Source: Vicinamibacteria bacterium
Lineage (GTDB): Bacteria; Acidobacteriota; Vicinamibacteria; Vicinamibacterales; UBA8438
Length of the DNA: 57,580 nucleotides
Reading direction: 5' to 3'
Assembly: GCA_022821235.1 (NCBI GenBank)
Contig: JAJEEA010000236.1
Span: 1 to 57,580 of the forward strand
Under the pieces are notes generated by a model, which ran no database searches, was not told the DNA's origin, and saw only the letters and a list, made by a program, of their open reading frames with translations. Positions 37,287 through 47,800 of the stretch are shown here, in pieces; the first letter of the stretch is position 1; every line of letters begins with the position of its first letter. A program made the translations under genes and the position numbers.

Positions 37287-39703
37287 CGCGGCCTCCTTAT
37301 GATCTCGTTCCGGGTCTCCGGCAGCACGCCGTCACCCGTCGTCGGTTCCTGGGCCCGCCCCCGCCGCGTGCGCTCCTCGTCGGCGGCCTGTTCCCGTCGG
37401 CTGTCCCGAGCCAGCCGGGCACCGAAGCGGTACCAGTGCAGTTCGAAGTCATCCAGAGTCGCCACAGGATCGAACGCGTCGAACGCCTGCTCCAGGAGGG
37501 CATCGCATTCAATGGTCGACTTCTCCAGTTTCGCGACCACCCGCGCCTTCAGAATGAGGCTCGGTGGATTCGACTCGCGTGCGATCGCCGCCTCGACGGT
37601 CTCCATCGCCGCCTTCAATCGGCCCTGACGCTCCTGCGCCAGGGCGAGGTTGAACAGCGGGCCGTTCCACGCCGACGGAATTGCCGCCGCCTCGCGGTAG
37701 AACTTCTCCTCCCGCTCGTGGTCGCCCAGTCTGCCGGCGATGATGCCCATACGGTTGAGAATCCCGGCGTTCGGCGATGTCCTGATCAGACTGCTCAGCA
37801 GACTCAGGGCCCGCTCGCAGTGCCCCAGCTCCGCTTCCAGCTCGGCGATCCTCTCCACCGTCTTGCGCTGCTCCGCCTTCGACACGACTCCCGTGCGCAT
37901 CCTTTCCTGCAGCTCGAGTATCTCGTCGCGCTTGGCATTCGGGTTCACGACGCTGGTGAGAGGATTCTCAACGGTGAGTTGGAACTCCTCCTCGGCGTCG
38001 TCGCCGCCGTCCGGGCGTGCAAGACGCAGGTGCAGTACCTGGTTGACGTCCATCCGATAGCGCAGCCGCAGTGGATCGCCCTTGGCGACACCCCTGCGAA
38101 TCGTCCAGATCCCGGACATCAGGACACGGTCGTCGGCGTTCGACAATGCAACCCGCAGGTTCACGTCGTCCACGAGACTCGTCTCGGGAGCCACCAGCCG
38201 GTCGTTTTCGGCCCAGTCTCCGTCCGGGGGATACGGAAGCTCGGTGCCGTCACCGATCAACTCGACAGGTCCCGTCGCGGTCTGGATGTTGATGCTGTCC
38301 CCAGTGACCGGCCGAACGAGTCCCTGCCCGCGAACGGCCAACGAGAACGCCTGCCATGCGGCTCCGTGCGCTACCGCGGTCTGCGTACGCTCCGAGTCGT
38401 CGAAAGACAGGGTTCGGGCCTCGGAGAAGAAGTCGTCGACAGCCTCGACAATCTGCGGGATCAGGGCGCTCCCGCCGACCAGCAGGCAGAAATCGACGTC
38501 GCCCGACTCCAGGTTGGCCCGGCCGAGCGCATCCTGAAGCGGCGCGAACACCGAGCACGTCATGAGGTAGTCGGTCTCGCGGGGGTAGAGCAGATCGCGG
38601 TCCAGAAACGGCTCGACCACCCTGTGGAACTCGACCGCGCTCAGCGTCGGCGATTGGAGGCGCAAGGCCGTTCCGTCGCGCAGGGTGCAAGGATAGACGC
38701 CCGGATTCTTCTGGCCGAGCTTGGTGCGCTCTTCCTCGTAGCGGCCGAACTTCTTGAGACGGGCGATCTCCCGGCAGAGCCCGATCTTCAAGGATTCCGC
38801 ACAACCGAGCAGCGCCGGAATCACTCGCTCGAACTTGGCGCGGTAGTCCAGATCGTGGGGCTGCAAGCCGTTCTGCTCGATGAGTTGCGGAATCAGGACC
38901 CCCGTGACTATCGCGCGATCGATGTCGCCGCCACCGAGGCGGTGGTAGCGGGAGACCGAGCGCGGCGCCACCTCGATACCGGCCGACGCGCCGGGTCTCG
39001 GCGGGCGAAGCTCGAAGACGGCGACGTCACACGTTCCCCCGCCGAAGTCGAACACCACGAGACGGCGGCGCTCGGACAGGCCCGCGAACGTCTCCGTGCC
39101 GTGCGTGAACACGTAGTCGATGAAGGCAGCGATGGGCTCATCCAGAAGGGCGCCGGGCGCCAGCTCAATACCGGCGAGCCCCGCAGCCTCGAGCGTGTCG
39201 TGCCGTTGAGACGCCTGAAACGAAGCCGGCACCGTCACCACCGTCGCGGCTTCGGGCTGCCCGTCGTCGCCCGACGCGGAGTCCATGAGGAACTTCAGCA
39301 CATGCCCCGCGAGCTCCTTGGCGGATCGAAACCCGGCCGGGGCCTTGTGATAGGTCCGGCGAACGCCGATGTCGTTCTTGCAGTCCCAGAAGATGTTGCG
39401 GTACTGCTCCAGACCGAGATCTCCGAGGCGTGCGCGCAGGTCCTTGGCTCCGGCACCCACGTAGACCTGCCCGTCGTGGAGGGCCAGAACCGACGGGACG
39501 AGCGTGTGGAACTGTGGTCCCTGTCGTGTGGGCTGCTCGACGTCGAGACAGCGCACTTCGGGCGTACCGCCGCTCTCCAGCGCGACGACAATCTCGGCCA
39601 CCGTCGAATTGGTCGTTCCCAGGTCGATGCCGATCACCCGCAGGGGTCGCCGTGACGCCGGAACCTGGCTGTCGGCCGCGGTGGCAAGTGCAGTGAAGCT
39701 CAT
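37283..39703 (-). CDS. Hsp70-family ATPase with C-terminal TPR-like repeats
   Basis: GIDLGTTNS, VTVPASF, VFDFGGGTCDV, LGGGDID, LLVGGS, AVAHGAA; C-terminal ILNRMGIIAGRLGD..FYREA and LFNLALAQERQGRL..A TPR-like helices. Confidence 0.88.
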   Translation of the reverse strand: MSFTALATAADSQVPASRRPLRVIGIDLGTTNSTVAEIVVALESGGTPEVRCLDVEQPTRQGPQFHTLVPSVLALHDGQVYVGAGAKDLRARLGDLGLEQYRNIFWDCKNDIGVRRTYHKAPAGFRSAKELAGHVLKFLMDSASGDDGQPEAATVVTVPASFQASQRHDTLEAAGLAGIELAPGALLDEPIAAFIDYVFTHGTETFAGLSERRRLVVFDFGGGTCDVAVFELRPPRPGASAGIEVAPRSVSRYHRLGGGDIDRAIVTGVLIPQLIEQNGLQPHDLDYRAKFERVIPALLGCAESLKIGLCREIARLKKFGRYEEERTKLGQKNPGVYPCTLRDGTALRLQSPTLSAVEFHRVVEPFLDRDLLYPRETDYLMTCSVFAPLQDALGRANLESGDVDFCLLVGGSALIPQIVEAVDDFFSEARTLSFDDSERTQTAVAHGAAWQAFSLAVRGQGLVRPVTGDSINIQTATGPVELIGDGTELPYPPDGDWAENDRLVAPETSLVDDVNLRVALSNADDRVLMSGIWTIRRGVAKGDPLRLRYRMDVNQVLHLRLARPDGGDDAEEEFQLTVENPLTSVVNPNAKRDEILELQERMRTGVVSKAEQRKTVERIAELEAELGHCERALSLLSSLIRTSPNAGILNRMGIIAGRLGDHEREEKFYREAAAIPSAWNGPLFNLALAQERQGRLKAAMETVEAAIARESNPPSLILKARVVAKLEKSTIECDALLEQAFDAFDPVATLDDFELHWYRFGARLARDSRREQAADEERTRRGRAQEPTTGDGVLPETRNEIIRRPR

Positions 39704-39882
39704 GAATTCCGTTCCTCGCAGTCCCCGCCGGCGCTCCCGGTGACACCCCACGCCGCCGAGCATCATCACGGCGCTGGCAAATCGCTATTCCGCCGGCGAC
39801 ATCACTCCATGCGGCTGGCTGCCACCGTGGACGCAGTACCCGCGGCGCGCGCCAGCAACGCGGTCTCGACAACCGCAGAGAC

Positions 39883-42800
39883 TCAGCCCTCTGGCTCCAC
39901 TCCCATCCAGCAGACCAACTCGACGTCCTCCTGCGAGATCGGCGGCAGAGGGGAAGCCGGTTCGACTGGTTCGAGCCCAGTCTCCAGGATTCTGTCGATC
40001 AGGAAGCGGGCCAAGTCCTTTCCGCGGTGCTCGTCGGAATCGAACCATCCTCGGAGCATGATCTCCTCCCGTCGCGGCCAAGGCGACTCCAGCACGTCGA
40101 GCGCTCGAGTGATTCGGTCGTCTGGAACGTCCACCGGGGAGTTCGTACGGATGAACTCGGCGACGCGGTGGTTGAGCGGCCGGACCTTCGGCTGCAGATT
40201 CGCCGGGTCAGTCTGGCGGACCCAATCGTCCAGGATGTCCTGCTGGGCCACCGCCCAGAAGTCGTACACCCCGTCCTGAAGAACGGCCGACAGCCACGGC
40301 TCGGTTTCCTCCGTGCATTCGATCAGGCGCAGGCACGTACCGATCTCGCGAACGACGGCACCCTCGTCGGTCCGCGGTCGCCAGTCGTCGTCCGCAGCCA
40401 CGAAACGCAGGTACGTCCGTTCGAGATCGGTCTCGTGCCCAATCACCGCGCAGAAGAAGACGCCACGGCGGGCACCCTTGACCATGCCGGTCCCCACCTT
40501 CCACGGGAGACCGGCGATGTGCTCGCCGTTGCCTGCCAGCGCCTTTCGGAGCGTTTGCCGGTACTCTTCCCCGGTCTGGGCCGCGGCGGCCGTGCCGCCG
40601 CGCTGGTAGAGAGCCGGATCCTCGCGGAGCAGCTTCTCGATTTCGTGACGCGTCTCGGTGAACACCTGCTTGCCGTGGGAGGAGCCCTCGATGGGCGCGA
40701 CGACGCCGACGCTGGCCGCCGCCAGGGCGAGCTTGTCGAGGATGCGCTGTTCGAGGTTCAGAAGCTGGTCGAGGCGGTCGACCGGGAAGATCGTCCGCAG
40801 GAACACACGCTTGTGGGGGCTCCCGATGCGGTCGATGCGGCCGTGCCGCTGGACCAGACGCATCGGATTCCACGGCACGTCGAAGTTGATGATGTGCCGG
40901 CACTGTTGCAGGTTGACGCCTTCGGCCAACACGTCGGTGGAGATCAGGAGGTCGTAGCGGTCGGTCGCCTGACCTTCCGGCGCCTCCATGGACACCGGTG
41001 CAAAGCCTTGAACTGCCTCGTTCCGGGACACGTCGGAGAGGTCGTCCTGACCGCTCACGGCAGCAATTCGGTTCGCATAGGCCGCGATGTCGGCACGGCC
41101 CTCCAGTTCCGTCGCGAGGAAATCGCGGACCCAGCGAACCGTATCGGCGAAGAACGAGAAGACGAGCACCTTCCGCCGCTGGGCCTCGTCGACGCTGTCG
41201 GTCGCTTCACGCGTCGCCTGCTGGACAATCTCCGCCAGTGCTTCGATCAAGGCCGCCAGCTTGGGATCCCGGTCGGGCGTGATGGAGGCCGCGTCCTCCG
41301 ACAGCATCCGAAGCGTGTCTCCGTCCCGACGCACCGCTGCACGCAAGCCCTCCACGTCGTAGGCCGAGGCATCTCTGAGGTTCGAGCTCGTCGTGAGCAG
41401 GGTTTCGAAGACCGCATCGTCGTCGCCCGACAGCTCCTGCATGAACGCCGTGGTCGCCACGTGGCCGCGATCCAGCGCGTCGAGGAAGACATCGTGCTCG
41501 CGGACCATCTTCTCCGTCGTGCGCCTGAATGCGAAGGCCGACGACTCGAAGCGCTTCAGCAAGCCCGATCGCAGGAGCCCCACAGTCGCCCGTGCTCGCG
41601 CGACCTCCTCCTCGTCCCCGCCGCCCCGCAGATAGGCGTCCGGCGTGTACCTCGCAAACTCCACGGCCTCGTCGCCGTCCGGATCGAGCGCGGCCTCGAG
41701 CCGATCGAAGAAGCCAGGCAGCGACTCGTCCAGGTCGTAGCGGACACTGATGGCCCTCGGGTGCGGAAACACGATGGGCCGCGCGATGCCGTCCGGCCCC
41801 CTGATGGTGTCGTTCGCGTAGTGCTTCCGCACGAACTCCCGCGTCCGCTTCACCGTCGTGGCGTCGATGACCGGGTACAGCACGTCCGGGCTCAGGCTGG
41901 AGGGGTCCTCCCGCATGGCCTCTTCGAAACGGGCGCGGAGCGAGAGAATGCCCCGTTCGGCGAGATGAGCGTCCTGGCGCAGGAAGAAGCGGATCAGATG
42001 GTAGAGGTCCCACAGCGAGTTGTTGACCGGCGTCGCGGTCAACAGCAGCAGATCCCGCCGCCGGCCGAACATCAGCGCCCGCAGGGCCGCCGCCCGCGTC
42101 GGGGCATCGGGATTCCGGTAGTTGTGGGCCTCGTCGACGATCACGAGCTGATACTCGTCGAGCGGACGTTGCAGGTACTGCTGCCGCGCCTCGGGCCGCT
42201 GCGCGTCCCGAAGCTGCCTGTCGCTCGCCAGCTGCTCGAACGACAGACACTCGACGAACAATTGATAGGTGCTCAGGAATTTCTTCCAGGTGGTGTCCCG
42301 CAGCGCCGCCGGGCAGATCAGCAGGGCCCGCTGTCGTCGCTCCCGGTAGATCTGGAGGATCTCGCCCGCGACGAAGGTCTTCCCCAGGCCGACCTCGTCG
42401 GCAACGATGCATCCCCCCGTCTCCCGAATCAGCCTGAGCGCGCGGGCCACTCCGTGCTTCTGAAAGCTGGTGAGCGGCAGGTTGTCGTCGACCGCCTCGT
42501 CGTCGGCTACCTCCTTGCCATACAGGCGCCAGAGCACGTGGATGAAGATCTCCCAGGGCCGCCGAAGCCGAAAGACCACCTCGAAGACGTCCGCCAAGTC
42601 GTAGGGCTCGGCCTGCTCCCAGAGCTCGTCGAACCACGCCCGCGCCCGCTCGACGATGGGCCGGTCGTAGCGGCCGAGGTCGAGCTCCAGGTTATCGCTC
42701 AGGCCCGCCGCCGTCAGGTTCGCGGAACCCGCGATGACGCCCGCCGGCGCACCGAAGGCATCGCCCGCGGATGTCAGGATGTACGCCTTGGCGTGCAGGA

Positions 42801-43239
42801 ACGCCCGCTCGTAGCGCCGCACCTCCATGTTGCCGCCGCGAAGCGCCGCTATGAGCGTACGCAGCGCCGTCGCGCTCGTCCGAGTGTACGGCAGCCGGTC
42901 GCGCTCCCGACGCAGCCCGTCGTCCATTCGACGCAATCGCCCGCCAAGTCGCCGCCGTTCGAATGCCCCAGCCGGCTCGCCAAGCGCCCGCCGGCTCGCA
43001 AGCTCATCCGACGGGCGGTCCGCCCCCAGCAGCAGTCGGACCTCCGGTACCCGTGAAAGCGCGCCGGCAATCTGAGCGAAGCCGCTCGGGCTGAAGAACG
43101 CCGTGGCAATGCGGACGCGGTCGGGCGGCGCGGTACCCTCGCCCGTCCGATCCGACTGAGGGGCGGCCAGCACCGTGCGCAGCGCTCGCGCCAGTGTATT
43201 CCCGTCACGGTTGTCGATGAACGCGGGTCCGTCACTCAC
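39883..43239 (-). CDS. PLD-nuclease + SNF2-family helicase fusion
   Basis: RIATAFF, FLHAKAY...GSANLT; ADEVGLGKT, DEAH, LTATPVNN, EGVNLQ, PWNPMRLVQRHGRIDR; GTGA overlap with the DUF4411 stop. Confidence 0.9.
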   Translation of the reverse strand: MSDGPAFIDNRDGNTLARALRTVLAAPQSDRTGEGTAPPDRVRIATAFFSPSGFAQIAGALSRVPEVRLLLGADRPSDELASRRALGEPAGAFERRRLGGRLRRMDDGLRRERDRLPYTRTSATALRTLIAALRGGNMEVRRYERAFLHAKAYILTSAGDAFGAPAGVIAGSANLTAAGLSDNLELDLGRYDRPIVERARAWFDELWEQAEPYDLADVFEVVFRLRRPWEIFIHVLWRLYGKEVADDEAVDDNLPLTSFQKHGVARALRLIRETGGCIVADEVGLGKTFVAGEILQIYRERRQRALLICPAALRDTTWKKFLSTYQLFVECLSFEQLASDRQLRDAQRPEARQQYLQRPLDEYQLVIVDEAHNYRNPDAPTRAAALRALMFGRRRDLLLLTATPVNNSLWDLYHLIRFFLRQDAHLAERGILSLRARFEEAMREDPSSLSPDVLYPVIDATTVKRTREFVRKHYANDTIRGPDGIARPIVFPHPRAISVRYDLDESLPGFFDRLEAALDPDGDEAVEFARYTPDAYLRGGGDEEEVARARATVGLLRSGLLKRFESSAFAFRRTTEKMVREHDVFLDALDRGHVATTAFMQELSGDDDAVFETLLTTSSNLRDASAYDVEGLRAAVRRDGDTLRMLSEDAASITPDRDPKLAALIEALAEIVQQATREATDSVDEAQRRKVLVFSFFADTVRWVRDFLATELEGRADIAAYANRIAAVSGQDDLSDVSRNEAVQGFAPVSMEAPEGQATDRYDLLISTDVLAEGVNLQQCRHIINFDVPWNPMRLVQRHGRIDRIGSPHKRVFLRTIFPVDRLDQLLNLEQRILDKLALAAASVGVVAPIEGSSHGKQVFTETRHEIEKLLREDPALYQRGGTAAAAQTGEEYRQTLRKALAGNGEHIAGLPWKVGTGMVKGARRGVFFCAVIGHETDLERTYLRFVAADDDWRPRTDEGAVVREIGTCLRLIECTEETEPWLSAVLQDGVYDFWAVAQQDILDDWVRQTDPANLQPKVRPLNHRVAEFIRTNSPVDVPDDRITRALDVLESPWPRREEIMLRGWFDSDEHRGKDLARFLIDRILETGLEPVEPASPLPPISQEDVELVCWMGVEPEG

Positions 43240-43730
43240 GAGGGCGCTCCGAGCACGAACCGCGCGTGCTCCCGCCGCAGCATTTCGAACGGCGTCACGC
43301 ACTTGATTCCGATACCGATGCAGACGTTGGGAATCTTGATTCTCCGTGTCGAGGACGAGGCAACCTCGTGCGTGACGACGTCGTACCCGCGCGCGAGGGC
43401 ATGCGCGACCAAGTAGTAGTCGGCAACTTGAAGGAACGTGCTGACCGCAGCCGGCTCGTACTGCTGGCTGGTCACCCAGCGGCTGACGGTGCCGAGCGCG
43501 GCCAACACATCAGGCGTCGGTCGGAGGAAGAAGTCACCACCGCGCTCCGCCGCCCACGTCGCCAGCTCGTCGTCACCCGCCGCGAGCTCATCACCCACCT
43601 TCTCGATGCTGACCGCCCGGCCGTCCGCAGCGGCCGCCACCAGCCAGTCCCAGAATGCCGGGCAGAAGTCGAATCCGTAGTGCAGGTTCTTAGCGCGGAT
43701 GAACACGTCCGCGTCGAGCAGATACGCCAT
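43236..43730 (-). CDS. DUF4411-family PIN-domain protein
   Basis: YLLDADVFIRAKNLHYGFDFCPAFWDWL...ADYYLVAHA...VVTHE...KIPNVC. Confidence 0.88.
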   Translation of the reverse strand: MAYLLDADVFIRAKNLHYGFDFCPAFWDWLVAAAADGRAVSIEKVGDELAAGDDELATWAAERGGDFFLRPTPDVLAALGTVSRWVTSQQYEPAAVSTFLQVADYYLVAHALARGYDVVTHEVASSSTRRIKIPNVCIGIGIKCVTPFEMLRREHARFVLGAPS

Positions 43731-43734
43731 CAGG

Positions 43735-44883
43735 TCAGCGCCCCGCACTCAGGGTCTCTGCAAATTCCCGGAACGTCGACATCTTGCGGATCCCGAGTAG
43801 CCGCAGAGACTCGGAGAACGACGTTCGGCCCTCCAGCGTGCTCGTCACCACCGCGTGTCCGAACCGGCGCCCTACACGAACCCTGAGCGTAGGATGGAAG
43901 CTGCCGCCACTGGGCGCCGGGCGGGCGTTCAAGCGTCCAACCTCGTCCCGGTACGCGACGCGGAACTCCTCGTAGCCGAGCCTACCGGTGTCCCTGAGCC
44001 GGCGCAGCACGACGAGGGTGCTCACCTTGAAGCGCCGGGCCAGCCGCTGCGTTTCCGAGAACACGTCCGCGGACGCGTCGTGTGCCGCTCGGACCACTTG
44101 ACCCGGGACGAGGAGCTCCGCCGCCACGCGGTTGCACCAGCCTTCCACCCGATGCCCCGGCGTCGGACGTACCCCGACGTCCGACAAGGCTGACTCACCG
44201 AGCCACAGATGTGCGAGCTCGTGCGCCAGCGTGAACATCTGCGCCGCCTTCGTGTCCGCGCCGTTCACGAACACCACAGGGGCCAGCGGGTCCGCGAGCG
44301 CGAAGCCGCGAAACTCCTCCGGATCGAGCCGCCGTCTGGTGCTGTTCCCAACTATGCCGCTAATCATGACGAGCACGCCGAGCGCTTCGGCCTGCTCCCC
44401 AAACCGGCGCAGCGCGGCGCTCCACGTGGGCAGCGTGTGGCGCTCCTCGAGGTCGAAGCCCAGGGCCCGGCGCATGTGCGTCGCCGTCGCCTCGATGTCG
44501 CTCGCGACGCCAGCGGACCCCACGAACCGCCGCGGGCCTTCCCCCTCCACGCGCGCGAACTCGCGGTACCAGTCCTGGCGCTGCTGGCAGAGATAGACGG
44601 TATCGAGCATCTCGGGGCTCGGGCGCCCGATCGCGGAATCTCCCACGGTTCGGAAATCGGGAATCGGGACTTCTTCGATCGGCGCCTCGGGCAGAAAAAA
44701 GTAGCCCACCGGCGCCCGGCTGGTCCTCGCGAAGGCCTCTAGCTGCTTTAGCGTAGGTCGCGCCGTTCCCCGCTCCCACTCGAGGTACTTCGGAAAGAGG
44801 CGCACCAGCACGGCCAAGTCCAGCCGGGCGCGTTCGCGCGCCCAGCGGAACAGTTCCGGTTTCACGTCCACGCGCGGCGTCAT
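43735..44883 (-). CDS. XRE-HTH + ImmA/IrrE-family metallopeptidase
   Basis: N-terminal HTH (WERGTARPTLKQL), FRGFAL, FTLAHELAH (HExxH), EGWCNRVAAELLVP; ATGA overlap with the MTase stop. Confidence 0.9.
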   Translation of the reverse strand: MTPRVDVKPELFRWARERARLDLAVLVRLFPKYLEWERGTARPTLKQLEAFARTSRAPVGYFFLPEAPIEEVPIPDFRTVGDSAIGRPSPEMLDTVYLCQQRQDWYREFARVEGEGPRRFVGSAGVASDIEATATHMRRALGFDLEERHTLPTWSAALRRFGEQAEALGVLVMISGIVGNSTRRRLDPEEFRGFALADPLAPVVFVNGADTKAAQMFTLAHELAHLWLGESALSDVGVRPTPGHRVEGWCNRVAAELLVPGQVVRAAHDASADVFSETQRLARRFKVSTLVVLRRLRDTGRLGYEEFRVAYRDEVGRLNARPAPSGGSFHPTLRVRVGRRFGHAVVTSTLEGRTSFSESLRLLGIRKMSTFREFAETLSAGR

Positions 44884-47800
44884 CCGCGCTTCCTCCACGA
44901 CCGGAAGTGCCCGAGGACAGCGTCGAGACGATCCCCGAAATCCCAACCTTCATGGAAGGTCTCGAAGACGTGGACGAGTTGAGCCTCGGTCATGCCGTAG
45001 AGGTGGGCCACGACCGCGTCGAGCTCGTGAATCATGTCGTTCTTCTCGTCCGCCTCGAGTGGCCCACTCTGCACCCCGACCGCGTCGGCCCAGGACCGGA
45101 AGCGTTCGTCGGGGCAGGCCAGCCGCCCCGAAAGAACGACCACGCGCCGCCACCGATTGTCTTCCCGCGGGGGACGGGGGATAGGGAATGGGTTGAAGAC
45201 GAAGTAGTTCACGTGCGATTCGACGAACCGTCGCGCGTACCAATCGAGCGGGATTGAGGAAAGGACACCGATGACGAAGGCCTGGTCGCGCTGGTCTCCT
45301 CGTGGCCAGAGGAGGTAAGGCGCCTGATTGCCGATGAGCACTTCGGGCGGCACGAGCGCCACCCGCACAGTTCGCGAGTCTGTAGCCCTCGATACGTCCC
45401 GAAAGGCCACGCGCGGCGCAAAACAGGGCAACGTCGAGCGGTCGCGCAGGTAACCGGCCTTGAACTCCCGGTGCGGGCTGTCGCCGCGCCGTTTCCCCGC
45501 CCGCAGGCGTTTGGCCTGGACCCACGCGAGAGCCGGTTGCGGATCGGCCCAGGCGTAGTAAGTGCCGGTGTCCGGGGTCCAGAGGTCGAACGACTCGCCC
45601 TTGTAGACCGGCCAGAAGCCATCCGGGCACGCCTCGCTTTCGAGGTCCATGAGGTGTTTCTGCAGTGAAGCATCGAGCTCGCGATCTGGTCGGGCGCGCC
45701 ACTGCGGCGGCGCGTTCAGGTCGAGTCGCGGCGCCTTGCGAAGCTGCAGGAAGACGTCTACCGAATCGTGATGCGGTAACAGAGGCAGGGACGCACTGTC
45801 GTTCCAGGTCCGCACTTCGTTCCCGAAGAAGCTCACCGGTTCGCGCACGACGTTGGCGTGGAACTGCGCCCGGTCCGCGTACGGCCCGCGGAGCCGCAGC
45901 TGTGAAGACTCACGGCCCCCGGCGCGGCGGACGACCGCAACCAGTCCGATCGTGTAGCGATGCTCCGCCTCGTCGAACACCCAGCCGGCCCGATTGAGCA
46001 GCATCGTCAGATCGAGGTCGGCCAAACCGCCGAACATTGTCAGCCGAAAATCGGTGGACCCCTTCGCCGCGAGCGCGCTGCGGGGCAGCACCACTCCGAT
46101 GCGCCCTCCGTGTGAGGCCGCCAGTCGCCAGAACCGCCAGCAGAATGCCTTGTAGAGGTCGGGATCACCGGTCCCCATGCCGGGGTACTCGCCGCCGACG
46201 AGGGCGCGGCGCATGCGCTCGACTTCGGACGCCTCGTCCTCGTACAGCGCGACTAGGTCCGGCCGTTCCCGACGGAGTCGAGCCTTCTCCGCCTCCTGGG
46301 CGCGCTGCGGTTGTGACCGCAGACCAGGGAAGTGCCGGGCCCAGAACGCATGTTCCTCCAGGGTGGCCTCCTGCCACGGGGGATTCCCCAGGATGACATC
46401 GAACCCCGGCCGGTCACCCAGGAAGACCTCCGGGAACGCAACGGGAAAATGGAGCGCATGTAATCCATCGAGCGCTCGCCTCGCACTGTCCACGGTCGCG
46501 CCGAAGCCCCCGTCCTCGAGACCGGGATCCCACTTCCCCAGATCCTCTTTTGTGATCGGGCCCGCGTCGTCCGCGATCGGCTGCGCCGCGATCAAGTCGC
46601 ACAGCGTTGCGGTCGAGCGGATGGCGAGGCTCGCGTCCCGACGAGCGATTCGGGCCTTGCTGATGTCGCCCAGCGTGGCGTCGTTGAGGTTGGCCAGTCT
46701 CCTTAGCGGCGCAGCCGCGCGCCCGAGCAGGCTGCCCGCATCGAGCGGGAACAACGGCAGAGCATCCAGGTCTTCGAACTTCTTCCGGATCTCCTCGATC
46801 GTGCCCACCCCGACGAGGGAGTTGCCGCGAACCAGGTTGTGGTCCAGGAACGACAGCGGCAGGCCGGGCACGAAGGTGTGGATCCACACCGCCAGCCGCG
46901 CGAGCTGCACCGAGAGACCGTTCAGGTCGACCCCATAGATGCAGCGCCGGGCAATCAGACGGCGCAGTAGCGGCCCGTCCTCGATCGTCGTGCTCGTCGC
47001 GAGCTCTCCCAGCGCTCCCTGCGCGGCTTCGCGCAGGGCGTCAAGCTCCCGCCGAACGCCCGGCAGGCTCCGGGCGGCCAGGGCGTCGGCCATGCGTTTC
47101 TCGATCCGGTCGATGGCGGCGATCAGGAAATGGCCCGATCCCATGGCGATGTCCGCCACCCGGAAGTCGAAGAACCCGTCCGCCGCGTCGGCCTCGTCCA
47201 TCGACCGGAGGCGCGCGAAATGGTCATCCAGCGCGGGTTCCAGCGCGCCGTCGAGCAGGTGCTCCACGGCGAACGACTTCGTGTAGTAGCTGCCCGACGA
47301 CTTCCGCGCTCCGGAACGGTTGTGGAGATACGTCTCCCCGGCAGCGACCGCGACAACGTCCCGGCGGCGAGCGGGACGGTAGACTCCCTTCTTGTCGAGC
47401 GTCAGATCGGTCTCGGCGACACCGAGCTCCGATTCGAGCAGGCCCTCGTAGATGGTGCCGAACTCGCGCACGCCCAGGGAGCGGAAATCGACCGGGCCGG
47501 GAACGCCCTCCGCGGTGTCGATGACCAGAAGGTGCCGCAGCGCCTCCTCGAACGACTCGTTCGGCATCGTGATCGCCGCGATCGCCGCCCCACTTGCCGA
47601 CACGTTGGCGTCGGCGGTGAACAGCCCGCCATCGTACGCGGGGACGCCCCATTCCGTGTTGCCGGTGGCGACCGCCCGGCACAGGACGTCGAATTCCCGC
47701 CAGTGGGAATCTCCCGCGGCGATCGGGGTCTCCTGCATGACGCAGTCGGCGAGCTCCTGCGCCTTCTGCTTCAGGGATCGGCGGCGATAGGCGTCGTTGT

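Noticed and set aside
37283-39703. Calling the Hsp70 gene dnaK
   Set aside because: Too divergent, has a TPR-like tail, no dnaJ/grpE nearby, and lies among defence-type genes.
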